Shown here: in pieces, positions 26,461 to 39,300 of the stretch
How the letters are laid out: each line of letters opens with the position of its first letter
How positions within the stretch are numbered: the stretch's first letter is position 1
Source: Octopus bimaculoides
Taxonomy: Eukaryota
Direction of reading: 5' to 3'
DNA: 53,585 bases
Assembly: GCF_001194135.2 (NCBI RefSeq)
Contig: NC_068992.1
Span: forward strand, 52,740,746 to 52,794,330
Translations under genes and position numbers: made by a program
The notes under the pieces: model-generated
Database searches by the model: none
Told to the model about the DNA's origin: nothing
What the model saw: the letters and a program-made list of their open reading frames with translations, nothing else

Positions 26461-28335
26461 AATGAAAGATTGCGTGCTGGATGGTGCAATTAACCTACAC
26501 ATGTTTCAGTGAGGCTCATTTACTCTCAGTTCCAAAGAATCTATGTGAAGTTTATGTGGAAATCGAGGTACCACTTTTAGCAATGCGATACCCATGAACT
26601 TTTGAGAATTGTTGTTATAGAATAGAGCTGAAATAACTTAGATCATATGCATGTATAATCAGGCAGCATTCTCTTTCTGTTAAGTAAAATGGAGGATATT
26701 ATCAACAGAAAATTATTTTTCAAGAGCGCGATGAAATTGATATACTACTACAAACAGTTTCCATAGAACTAGAGTGGCTGCTTCCAATCATCTGATTTAA
26801 TGGAAGATTTGTTTGAGAGCTGGGTATCTACGTAGTGGATATGTGGTGTGTAGTAGTGGTAAGACATTGGTACATAACAGAGATGATAGAAGAAAGGGTG
26901 AAAGTTATTACACTTTATGAATTAATATGATTTTGAGAATAATGCGAATGATAAATATGCTTCAGTCCAAAGAACTAGAGATCCTGTCAAAATTATAGAA
27001 CGTTATCTAACATAGCATAGCCCTTATGAAATAATCAGTTACCTACACAAATCCATTTTGAAATTTGTATTAATATAACTTTGTATTATAAAATATATAG
27101 TGAAAACGCGTGTTGATTTTCATCAAATTTGGTATGGTTAAATGCATGCCGTTTCAGACTTAGTGTAGTTATCGGTTGATACGCAGACTTAATGATCTCA
27201 GCATATAACATATACATTAATCATGTACATATAAGAACATGATTCAGTCCTGTTCGTACATAATATTCCTGTTATAACCAGAATGCTCTTTGAAGGATTA
27301 TGACCACAAATTGATTTTTAGAACAATGTTGCAAATACAAAATTTTGGTTTAAATAAGCTTAGATCATATATCCTAAAGGGATTTACATAATTTATCCAT
27401 TGCACATTGACAAATGAACATTAACAGATTATTTATGATGTATATTGACTAACTGAAAATATAGTCATATGTACATTGTGTGTGTTGTTGGTGAGTTTAT
27501 CTCTGTGTGTCTGTATGTCTGTGTGTGTGAGTCGGTTTAAACATTCACATACATATATGTGAGAGTGTGTGTTGTGTGCGTGTATGCATATATGGTTATA
27601 TTTTATGCATATTGACCCCTAGAACATTCCTTATGATCAAAGAATTCAAGTGGCCATTCGTAGACATCAACATTTCTTACAACTCTGATTAATTCTTTCG
27701 ATTTATTCGAGCTATTTTGAATCTAACGCCATGAGACCGATTGCTTTCTCTTCGGCCATACCGGAAATTGTTCTAACGGTCTTGTGCGAGGAGACAAATG
27801 GGTTGATTATTTATAAAGGCCGGTGAAAGTTTATATTGAACCCCCTCTAGACTACATTTGTGTAAGGACATCTAAACATACTCTATTCACTTCGGGTATA
27901 GCTTATAGTACATGTGTGCCTGTATATGTGTGTCTGCGTGCGTGTGTGTATGTGTGTGTATAAGATTCAGCATTCATCACTTTAGTAAGTCATGGCTGTA
28001 TTGTTAGTATTAACCATATTTGTTGTTAGGTGTTCCCAAAGATATTTAAACCTCGTTTATTTCTTAGTGTGTCTTTCCTCGTTTTTAAATGGCCACTTTT
28101 CTTCCTATGGTGGATTTCATGCGGCTGATAATGATGCAGCATTAGTCTGTTTGCTGCTCGCTGATACTTGAAATTTAGTCGGTGGCCGAATCGATTATTT
28201 AATATATGGTCGTATTAATTTTATAGCACAATTATATCAAAATTCTAGACTGACTATTCTTTTAGGCCATTAGAATTAATAAATTTGTCTACAAACATGT
28301 TTCGCCACTGAAAACAGCATTTGTTTTAAAATTAG

Positions 28336-28569
28336 TTTTAAATTTTGGCACAAGGGTAAGGTTTTGGGGCAGGCAGTAGGGTGAGACAACTTCAATTTAA
28401 CCGATTCTTGGGCTCAAATATTCCAGTGTTCAATTTGTATTTATATAATTGACTCCTAAAGGATGAAAGACAAATTTGACATCGGTGGAATTTGAACTCA
28501 GAATATAAAGCCGGACGAAATGCCGGTAAGCATTTCGCCAGGAACGCTAACGATTTTGCCAGTTTGCTG
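28336..28569 (-). mobile_element. SINE family A copy
   Basis: The reverse complement has CTGGCAAAATCGTTAGCG..GAGTTCAAATTCCACCGATGTCAAATTTGTCTTTCATCCTTT and ends CTTGTGCCAAAATTTAAAAC. Confidence 0.75.
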
Positions 28570-28585
28570 ACATTTCTACGACATG

Positions 28586-28740
28586 GAAACAGTTATGGTG
28601 CAACTAATTTCTACAGATGAGGGAAATGGAGCAACGTGAAATAAAGTGCTTCCTCAAGAACTTAACATACAGTCCAATCCGGGAGAGGAACACACAACCA
28701 CACGATTCGGACGTTCTAACCACTGAGCCATGCACCTTCA
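28586..28740 (-). mobile_element. tRNA/CORE-like SINE family B
   Basis: The reverse complement starts GAAGGTGCATGGCTCAGTGGTTAGAACGTC (A box), then TTCTTGAGGAAGCACTTTATTTCACGTTGCTCCA, a CORE-like segment distinct from families A and C. Confidence 0.65.
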
Positions 28741-28813
28741 TTGCGTTATGTATTATTAATTTCTGTTATTAGAAAGCCACTGCGAAGGTTCTTCCCACAA
28801 GTAATATGGGACG

Positions 28814-28981
28814 TTAGCCGTGTTTCGTCTGTCCTTACGCTCTGACTTCAAATTCCGCCGGGTTCCACTTTGCCTTTCATCCTTTCGGGGTCGATAAATT
28901 AAGTACCAGATACGTACCGGGGTCGATCTAATCGACTGGCCCCCTCCCCAACATTTCGGGACTTGTGCCTAGATTAGAAAA
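28814..28981 (+). mobile_element. 5'-truncated SINE family A copy with 12-bp TSD
   Basis: The body is close to the family consensus and is flanked by the direct repeat TAATATGGGACG at 28802-28813 and 28982-28993. Confidence 0.88.
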
Positions 28982-30989
28982 TAATATGGGACGGAATTAA
29001 GGAAGTCGACTACCAGTAACAACTCATTTATCTGAAATCTTTTATTTCTATTTTCTTCTCTATTTAAAAAAAAAAGATTTTCTTTATATAACAGTATAAT
29101 TCAGGCACCTGTGTAGGTTATTCAATAATTTTCCCTTTTTTTTGCGTTCATTGATGTCACTTTATGCATTTTGACTAACATATTAGTTGCGCAGCTCAAA
29201 GGTTTTTCTAACATTTATCTTACGCATGTGCATGTATGTACGTTTGGGCAGTTGCGTATGAGATTATTTGCGTATGTTTTTTTTTATTAGTTATGGATGT
29301 TGAGTTCCGGCTTCTAACTTCTCTTAAAGTGACAATGGCTAACATGGAACAAAACAAATATCTGTTTGAATGGTGCATAGTATTTTCGGATATTTCATCA
29401 TGTATTCAGGCAATATTTGCAATGAGACAAGTCTCTAATTTATTCATTTATGAACAGCAGCAATAATTTTAATATATTTACTAGCAGGAAAATGGTTCTC
29501 TGTTCTGTAGAATATTTAATTTGAAAATGATTAATGCAATGAAATTAGAAAGAATCCCCTAAAAATCATTTCCTCTGTGAAATACATTTATTGATGTTCG
29601 CTTTAATTATTTATCTTACTTTACAGCAAATTATAGATATATATATATTAAAACATTTAGCACTTCCTCCTGCATTATTGATGCACAACAGCTGTGAGGT
29701 CATTGGCTTACACTGCGGGATTCATAGTTATCTGATGAAATCATGGAATAGGTACTGAGTTGCGTTTGGAAGGAAGGCGAACAACTCTAATTGTAACACT
29801 CTGATTGACTGATTAACCGACTTCAATCTAATAAAAAAAAAATTCAGTTTAGTGAGAGTGAGGGTCAGTGTGAAAGGGGCATTTGGGTATGAAATTGGGG
29901 GCTGAAGCATAAATGCCTACCCACAATGTTAAACATTACAATGAACATAATCGATCTACGTAAAAGAAACTGCATGGTATTCAAATAATATCTGCAAGGG
30001 TTTTTAGTTCTATTACTGAACACAGTCTATATAATTTGTTTCATAGGATGTGAAATAAATCAGTACAATATTAACAAGCCGATATTATTTGTCAGTGATT
30101 AATTTACTGCTCTTAATTGTCAAAATTAATATTCATGCTTGATATATGGATAGAATTTCACAAACAATAACTTTAGATAAATTATACGATAATTAATAAT
30201 TATGGGAAATTTTTAATGTTTTACTCTTTCGACAACTTAAAAAAATAATTAGACCAGAAGTATTTACGTCTGCACGATCATATAAATAACAATTCAGCAC
30301 AGTTTCCTTCTCTTTTGCTGAATGCCATATAATGATTTAGAGTTTCAATAATTTGATAATTTGTACTCTTTTATTACTTTCGAATCGATGAGAGGTCACT
30401 ATAATGATCAACTGATTTTAATATGAGAAGTTCTGTATGTGATAAGGGCATTGATATTTTTGCAGCTCACTGTTGTTTCTCTGAAATATATGCAAACATG
30501 ACCTAAATTTATACGTCTTATACATATGTTTTGTTTAAGATTTTAAAATTAGCAAATGTAGATAATATTATATGCTGTGAAGAGGTAAGAATATTGATGT
30601 TGCATGCAAAATGCATCTTTCGAGAAAGAGTGGTAAATATAAATTGAGAAACACTGTGTGTGGTTCATATCTACCTTAAAAATAAAAATAAATTCATTTT
30701 TATTTCTCTCGACTGAAGAGAATTTTGCGAATCCTCTGCACGAATGTATGAGAAAATATTTAGAGCTCAGAGCTATACTGACGTAGATTACCATTGCATC
30801 TCTCAGATTGTGGTATTTCTAATGACGTTTAAATATTGCTACGTGGACATTTCTCACTAACCATTCTTGTTTCCCATTTAGTAGGTCCGTTGGTGGTTTA
30901 ATCCAAATTCACTATTTCCACATTTAGCATCTCATTATACAGGATGTCTGGATTAAATTTGATGCTTTTTATATCTTCTTTTCCAGGAT

Positions 30990-31260
30990 AACCTTAATGA
31001 TTAACAGTCAACGATGCTGGGAGACCTAAATATTAAAGTTGCTGTTGAGAAAAAGTTAGCTGACATGGAGAACGGGAAGCTACCTGAATGTTGGCGGAGA
31101 GTTATTTGTATTTTGAAGATTCGTGCCAGCTGTCAAATGCTGACTTCATGAAAGCGGCTCAGTGAACTGTGAATATTGTAAATACTTTCGGACGTGACGT
31201 GGACAGATGTGATGCAGACTATGAGGCTGTGGCCAGCAGGTGGACACAGCAGACATACTT
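30990..31260 (+). mobile_element. Decayed RTE-like AP-endonuclease fragment
   Basis: MLGDLNIKV (cf. GD[FL]NAKVG), ENGKL (cf. NG.RL), IVNTF and RDVDRCDAD (cf. RGAD..SDH) occur in the expected order across frameshifts. Confidence 0.4.
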
Positions 31261-31330
31261 TCTTCGTCCGCACATAAGATTTCATTCAAAAGCTAATAAA
31301 CAGTGCCTTAGGCTCAATTAACATGGCTAT

Positions 31331-31385
31331 ATGTAAATAATGTAAATAATGTACATACTTCCTCATCTCTTAAATATAGAACTGT
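31331..31385 (+). mobile_element. Orphan terminus of the same Penelope pseudo-LTR
   Basis: ATGTAAATAATGTAAATAATGTACATACTTCCTCATCTCTTAAATATAGAACTGT closely matches 33955-33999 and the reverse complement of about 10226-10272. Confidence 0.8.
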
Positions 31386-32695
31386 ACCACGCAGTTATCA
31401 AACCCACAATATCTATTTCAGCACTCAAAGCAATAATATATAAACTGGTGCACAGGTTAGTTGCTGCGATAGGTTTTTTTTTAGAAAATAAGAAGGAAAA
31501 CTTGTGGATAAATGAATTTCAACCCTAATAACCTAGGGTTGAATAGAAAAAGCATTTTCCAGAGTCAACATATATATTTTATACACATTGTTGCATTATT
31601 CCTAATCGCTGCATTTAATTTTTTTTTGGTTACTTGTAGGATTGGCCATTTCATAAAAAACGTGAAAGACAAAACGAAAAATTATAACTAATATTAAGCT
31701 TTGTTGTTGGGGATAGTCAGCTTCTTGTTATTGTCGTTGTTTACTTTAAGTTATCAGAATTGATACGATGAGGAAGATGATCATAAAAAAGGAATAGGAT
31801 AATAAGCAAAGTTTGTTCTTATCTTGGGTAGATCTGGTAGGTAGTGCTGAATCATTATATTGGAGAGAAAGTATCCAATAAAAATCTCTGAAAAAACAAA
31901 ATCTACTGGTACTGCAGTATATATTTTAATATTAATCTAACCAGAACCATAAAAACCAATCATGCATAATTTCTCAAACACACAATGACTTTATCCATTT
32001 TATACTCCTGTGTGTGTATATATATATATATATNNNNNNNNNNNNNNNNNNNNNNNNNNNNNNNNNNNNNNNNNNNNNNNNNNNNNNNNNNNNNNNNNNN
32101 NNNNNNNNNNNNNNNNNNNNNNNNNNNNNNNNNNNNNNNNNNNNNNNNNNNNNNNNNNNNNNNNNNNNNNNNNNNNNNNNNNNNNNNNNNNNNNNNNNNN
32201 NNNNNNNNNNNNNNNNNNNNNNNNNNNNNNNNNNNNNNNNNNNNNNNNNNNNNNNNNNNNNNNNNNNNNNNNNNNNNNNNNNNNNNNNNNNNNNNNNNNN
32301 NNNNNNNNNNNNNNNNNNNNNNNNNNNNNNNNNNNNNNNNNNNNNNNNNNNNNNNNNNNNNNNNNNNNNNNNNNNNNNNNNNNNNNNNNNNNNNNNNNNN
32401 NNNNNNNNNNNNNNNNNNNNNNNNNNNNNNNNNNNNNNNNNNNNNNNNNNNNNNNNNNNNNNNNNNNNNNNNNNNNNNNNNNNNNNNNNNNNNNNNNNNN
32501 NNNNNNNNNNNNNNNNNNNNNNNNNNNNNNNNNNNNNNNNNNNNNNNNNNNNNNNNNNNNNNNNNNNNNNNNNNNNNNNNNNNNNNNNNNNNNNNNNNNN
32601 NNNNNNNNNNNNNNNNNNNNNNNNNNNNNNNNNNNNNNNNNNNNNNNNNNNNNNNNNNNNNNNNNNNNNNNNNNNNNNNNNNNNNNNNNNNNNNN

Positions 32696-32754
<59 letters not shown>

Positions 32755-32811
32755 ATGTATGTATGTATGTAATATATACATCATTTTTCTTTTAGTCTTT
32801 CATTCTTTAAT

Positions 32812-33000
32812 TCATTTCAACTATGAAGTCGCAGTAATGTTGGAGCAACTCCATGATTTGCACCGATCATCCTCCTGTATGTGCCTTTCTCCCAGCTGAT
32901 GGCCCCTTTGGTATATGAAGGAGTCTGATTTTGCTGCTCTTGTTCGTAGCTCACGCCGGGCCGTCGGCTCATCCGATATTCAATCCATAACCTGCTCCTG
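32812..33000 (-). mobile_element. Possible RTE-like LINE 3' terminal fragment
   Basis: GC-richer island. The minus frame ...AISWEKGTYRRMIGANHG... loosely resembles RTE C-termini. The assignment rests partly on recall and is unverified. Confidence 0.3.
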
Positions 33001-33630
33001 TTTTATTGTAGTAGGGGTAGCAGATTATAGATTACTTTATTCAATGGCAGGTTTTATATTCTTCTACTGATAACATCTATCAGATTTTTAAAATTGTGTC
33101 AATATATGAGAGAAATTTCGTATATAATCAGTTCTGTATTTGAGTCGATTATAACAAATTAATCACACTTATATTAGCGTAAGCAGTTGTTTCGTGGCTG
33201 GTAATTTCGAACATATTAATATGGTGTTTTTATAGGCAGCTATCTCTTCCCATCCTTCNNNNNNNNNNTATATATATATAGTCAACCAGTTACGAGCGTA
33301 TAAGCCAATATTCATCGTCACATTGTGTAATCAATTATGCAAAGCCAACTAGATCGCATTCATTCACACAGTCAAAAGTTTCCATATTACGTCGAATGAG
33401 ATCGAGGAATAATTTACTTTTAACCCAGGCAGAATGATTATCGACGAGTAGTATCTTTCAAGCACATATGATGATATATCAATCTCAAAACTTCTGGGCA
33501 GCTGACGTGTAGATGTTTCGAAACAAAGAAGCAAACTTTGACAATAGGCTAGGGGCTATGTTTCTGATAACGTCATTTTTATCAGAAGAATGCAAGTTAT
33601 AAAGTATTATTTCAACTGTTATATATATAT

Positions 33631-33998
33631 ACATAATTTACATTATTTACATTTGACAGATATTTGTCCTCATCTTGTTTGTTGTCAACACAACGTTTCG
33701 GCTGATATACCCTACAGCCTTCGTCAGGTGTCTTGGGGGAAATTTCGAACCTGGGTTCTCATTCCTAACGATGTTACTATTATTATATTATTATTATTAT
33801 TACTATTATTAATCAGGTCGCTGCCGTGAATCGAACTCGGAACCTTGGGGTTAGTAGCCCGCGCTCTTAACCACTACGCCATATGCGTATATCAGCCGAA
33901 ACGTTGTGTTGACAACAAACAAGATGAGGACAAATATCCGTCAAATGTAAATAATGAAAATAATGTAAATAATTCCTCATCTCTTAAATATAGAACTG
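33631..33998 (-). mobile_element. Composite element copy 2 with an inverted pseudo-LTR arm (33887-33998) and 14-bp TSD
   Basis: 33635-33886 is nearly identical to about 10253-10521. 33887-33965 is the reverse complement of 33635-33710 (1 mismatch plus a small duplication). TGTTATATATATAT is repeated at 33617-33630 and 33999-34012. Confidence 0.88.
33687..33732 (-). ncRNA. Minimal type I hammerhead ribozyme motif (copy 2)
   Basis: GACAC-CTGACGA-A-GGCTG-TAGGGTATAT-CAGCC-GAAAC-GTT-GTGTT. The only difference from copy 1 lies in the stem II loop. Confidence 0.72.
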
Positions 33999-34437
33999 TG
34001 TTATATATATATTCCACTCTTTAGTTATCGTTTCCTAATTTTCTTCGTGGAAACATATAGCGGTGATATATGGAGTGAGAGAAGGAGAGACAGGGAGTGA
34101 GGGAGGGAAAAGAGAATGATATACATATATGACAAACATTTTACATATCTTCACCAAATACGTACATAAATGCACACAATGTTAAATACAGACACATACC
34201 CTCACAGGAACACTCATCCACATACACATACAATACAAATAAGTTCAAACATAGATGATACGAGTTCAAATTCGTTACAGGTTTTCTATGAAATGGTTAT
34301 TAAAGTTGTCAGTCAGTGGGCCCTCTGTATTTAACAAGCGTTTTGCTTATAAATATGTATCTTCTATTCTCTTTATACAAACACGTATGTATATGTGTGT
34401 GGTTGTGTGTGCGTATGCTTATGTCTGTCTGTGTCTG

Positions 34438-34468
<31 letters not shown>

Positions 34469-37400
34469 CCTTAACGTTTGCTACTTTTGAATCTGACATG
34501 TTTTCGTTGTTTACTTATTTTAATTTGTTTGCATCACTTTTAAATCATTAGATTGTTCGTTACGTTCAATCTACGTGTAATATGTCAGCATTATTGTGTT
34601 GTGTGTACAAGTAGCATCTAGTTTTCAATGCTGATTTAAGAGACTGAACGGAAAGCTTAAATGTGTCACCGATGACTTAGTGTACAACATGTGACGGAAG
34701 TGACGTTGTAAGCTTCACTGATGGTTATAAAATTTAGGAATAAGTATTAGCAAAATTATCTGTACGAAACTCTTTTAAGTGTATATATTAGGTTATTCTT
34801 GTTTTATCTAAATATACATGTATACTGTGGCAGCAGCCAAGCTATATGTGCGTATCTAAATACAAATTGTAGGCTGCTTTATTTAGGGACGGGTCATAAG
34901 AAACAATCCAGTTCAAACCAGAATTTGGCGGGTTGATTATAATATGTACGATCTGTTATATAGGTTCGGTCTATGTATGCGTGTTCGTTTAACGCTCATC
35001 TCCATCCTGCAAATGTTGAAACATGATGCGTTATTCTTAAATCAATCTGTGAGAGATTGCTCAGATTATAACTTCGTGTTCCTCCCTTCCTTCCTATGGC
35101 ATCAAGATAAACAACATTTTTGGGATTTGCTTTTGTCAGTTATGCATTGAAAGAAAAGACATTAAATTACCGCTTCTGAAAAAATATATATATCAACAGA
35201 ACAAATCATGAATAGAAACTAGTTTGGTCAAGGGATGGTCAGTAATTCAATTGTTTGTGATAGATATAATCAACTCTATATACAAATTTCTATTCACAAG
35301 ATAAATAAGTATTCATGTTTGTCGTTGGTTTGATTTACCCAAATTTCATATGATTGGGAACAATGCCTTCAACGCATTCATTATTTCCACTTCTCAATTT
35401 TGTATAACGAAGATAAATCTATTTCTCTTATTATACCACCATCGAATGGTAGCGAGAACCAACTCCAAAAACAATCTTTGCTCTAAAGAAGAAAATGTAT
35501 GAAACAGAATTATGGAAACACAACAGAGTCTATATTGTTTAGAAAGTTGAATTGAAGCTTAAATATCCACAAACATGTTATGCTTGATTTCAGTAAGAGA
35601 GAAAAAAAAATCGCAGAAGAAAAGAAACTCTAGGGAAACTGATCAAAACCTAAAATAGAACAAAAAATAAAGGTTATATTCTTATTGCCAATAAATTTTA
35701 AGTAACTTTGATCTTTTATCCGAAATGTCTTTCTCTTTAGGGACCTTTCGACTCAGTAATATTTGAATTATTGTACAAGATATTTCTGATCATTCGCTTT
35801 CTTTTCTTCTCGAGTGTAAAAAATAAAATAAAAAAAATCACAACCATTTCATTTAACCAAGATGAATGTAATCTTCAGGGAAAAAATGAAAACAAATTTT
35901 TCTTATATATAACTTTTTAAAGTGGATGAACATTATAGTGGTATAAAGACGAGAAAAAACTGATAATTATAATAATTTTTTCTTTATTTGGCATAATGGC
36001 AAACATAAATAATAATATGTATGAGATAAAACAAGAAACTAAAATTATATTGCAATATTTGTTGAAGCATTCATAAAATATTATCTCAAGAACAAAAATT
36101 ATTTTTTATTAAGCTGTAGGAAATCTTGCTGATGAGTAGATGTCAATGTGTCTGCACATCTATCAGTCGATCGTTCAGCAATCTGTCGGTTTGTTCAGAT
36201 TCCTATATTCATTCCACTTCCTTCCTTTTTATTTCTTATAAGCAAATATGTATATAAACACATAGGGGCATTTAAGACATAAGCACAGCCCCCCCACACA
36301 CACACATACATACATGCACATGTATATGCGAGTGTGTTTGTGCCTGTATCCGTTACTAGACAACAGCGGTACTCAATACCTTAGTAGAGATTATTTTGAT
36401 CGAGTCCATCTCTAGCTACTCGGCGTTTTATCAGTTGGCGCACAGTTTTCTGGCAAGTTATACTTTAGATGAATACATTTCACAACACGAATATATGCTC
36501 ATATATATGTGTGTGTGTGTGAGTGTGTGTGTATATGTATGCATATATAAAGATGTATCTATCTATATATGCTTGCATCTATATCTNNNNNNNNNNACAC
36601 ACACAAACACACACACACACAGATATATATATATATATATATATGGAACAGGGAACACAGCTATTCCTGTGCCTGCAAACACACACACGCACACACGCAC
36701 ACACACACACACACAGCTACACGCTCGCGAGTATAAATGCACACTAACGCATACACACACATACACATATATTTATGTACGTACGTATTTAAATGTAAAC
36801 ATATATATGTGTGTGTGTGTATGTGTGTGTGTGTGTGTATGTTCAGAGAGAGAGAGAAAGAGAGAGAGCGAAGGAGAGAATGAGAAATAGAATTTATGTT
36901 TACATGTGTCTTTATGAAAGAGAGAAATGGAAAGAGTTAGAGATGGAAAAGGAGAGAAATTCTATGTGAAACTGCACACCTAATATAGTCTGAATTCAGC
37001 AATTTTGTAGACAGGACTCTCAGACATGAAAAATTATATTTGAATCCATAGAAAAATGTACTTTGATTAATAAATGTGCAGGAATAAACGGGACAGTGTT
37101 GTAAATATATAGAACAGCATTCCTACTCTATATCTCACAAAAGGGAGCGAACTCTGTCGGAGAAGCATAATAATTGGAGAATAAAGGTAAAGAGACATAT
37201 AAATTTTATCACATTCTATTTTTGCTGGGGAAGGTGTAAAAATATCCATTAATATTTGATGGTAATATACGGATAATTTTGCTGCACAGAAATATTAATA
37301 AATCATACATGACAAATAAATAGAATAATATTAAATAATTGAAAACAATCTACACTCGAAAAGATTGATATTCTATAATATCGAATCTATAACACATTTG

Positions 37401-37831
37401 CTAAAACGATTTCCATTTCCTTTCATCGTATATGTCTTCTGTCTTATTAGACTTATGATTAATATTATTAGTTTGTAGCATTAGTATAGTTGTTGATGTT
37501 GTTATTATAATTGCTGTGTTGTTAATGTTGTTGTTAATACTATCATCATCATCATCATCATCATCATCATTATTATTCATATTTTTGTATCTTATCATAA
37601 TAACCTCTTTCATTCATGTAATTTCGCTTACTGTTGTTTACATAAGTTCAAAATTATCTAATAGTTTCTTGTCTTGAAATCTACATCTAGGATGCGGTGA
37701 TTGTGTTGAAAATAATGTTGTCGTAATCGGGAGAAGTTATTCTCCTAAGACATGCACTACAACGTCTAGTATATTTTGCATTTAAATCTCGCAATAACTT
37801 TTAAGAATAAATATGCTAACAATCGTTTCAG

Positions 37832-37938
37832 ATCTCACTGTAGACAGTGCAAATCACGGTTATTATAATGTTGCTCTTGACTTGATAGAAAGAGCTATCA
37901 AATACCCTTTGAATGACGTCCTAAGTTCTTTAAATAGA
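37832..37938 (+). CDS. Candidate internal coding exon of an unidentified host gene (TPR-like helical pattern)
   Basis: GCTAAC branch-like site, AATCGTTTCAG acceptor and AGA|GTAAGT donor. 107 nt open in one frame only (phase 1 to 0): DLTVDSANHGYYNVALDLIERAIKYPLNDVLSSLNR. No homology search was possible. Confidence 0.5.
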
Positions 37939-38879
37939 GTAAGTATACATTGCAAAAAATTGTCCTAGAGAAGCTTTAAAACGAGTTGATCAATGTAAAA
38001 ATGCCTTCATTAACTATTATCTCCATCAAAAATCACTTACAGATACAAAACAACAGTTGCCAACATTCAATCTATACTGATATATTGCTACAGTTTAGTA
38101 GAAGTTTGAAAAGCAGTACCTCTTGTTTTTGAATATGGGACGTTACCAGATAGCTACATGTTAATCGAAAGCAATCAGAAATGCGTCAGTTACACCTTAT
38201 GTTTAATGACACATTCTCAATATCTTCATTTTAATGGCAACATATAAACTAGTTCATTGTAATTGATTCCTAACTGTCCAGCTCTTTTCCATTTTCTCCC
38301 AGTGCCCCGCTGTTTCTCTTTCTACCTGTTTCTGTTTGTCTATTGTCTTTCTGTCTCTCTCTCTCTTTCACTCTCTCTCTCTCTCTCTCTANNNNNNNNN
38401 NNNNNNNNNNNNNNNNNNNNNNNNNNNNNNNNNNNNNNNNNNNNNNNNNNNNNNNNNNNNNNNNNNNNNNNNNNNNNNNNNNNNNNNNNNNNNNNNNNNN
38501 NNNNNNNNNNNNNNNNNNNNNNNNNNNNNNNNNNNNNNNNNNNNNNNNNNNATATATATATAACATACATGCAAACACTCGCGCTCATACGCACGCACAC
38601 ACACACAAGTGTAAATATATTTTATTTGCTTCTACTCTTTCTCTCTTCTGCTCACCTATTATAAACACAATATCATAAACATTCTATTACTTGAAAGTCC
38701 ATTAAATATTCGATTTATATTACAAGATCATTCTCATAATATAAACAAATGGAATTTATCCAAGACCTCAGTTAAAATATTTATATATCAGCTATTACTG
38801 TCTAAATATTGATATCAAAGCAAATAAACCTATAAATTGGAAATAATTCATCCCATTACATTTATTTCGTCCCAGTATC

Positions 38880-39300
38880 TCTGAAAATAATTTTTAGGGC
38901 GTTGTTCATATGTACACATCTATTAGCATTTATTACTACCGATGGAGCCATGTCGGGGAATCTACAGATATGCGAGTTTGTCGGATACAATATATGGAAA
39001 CATTTCCTCAGTCATTGTTCAAATCCTAACTCTTTGCGTTTATCTTTCCTCATATTGGTGTAGGTGTCTATTCGTAAAGAAGTGAAGAAGCAAGAACAGT
39101 GTGTCTGACATTTCTTTCCTATATAAAACAGCCTTTGGGAACCGCTTGTGTTCTCTTGCACGAAATGGAAGCGTGCTGAAGGAGGATTTTGTGAATATTC
39201 TTTATAATAAAGCTGATGTATTTATTGGAAGCGTTCAAATGGAGGCCTGTTTACCGACGTGTAGTACAAAACAACGCAGCTGGTTTATCCTACCAAAAAT
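38880..39300 (+). pseudogene. Decayed hAT transposase fragment (Buster/Charlie/SPIN-like)
   Basis: LLAFITTDGA-MSG...FLSHC mirrors the hAT catalytic-D motif ITTDGAxxMxG...HC. The downstream SDISFLYKT..RNGSVLK..LFTDV loosely follows DLL.H..RWLS.G.VL..FL.D. Confidence 0.45.
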
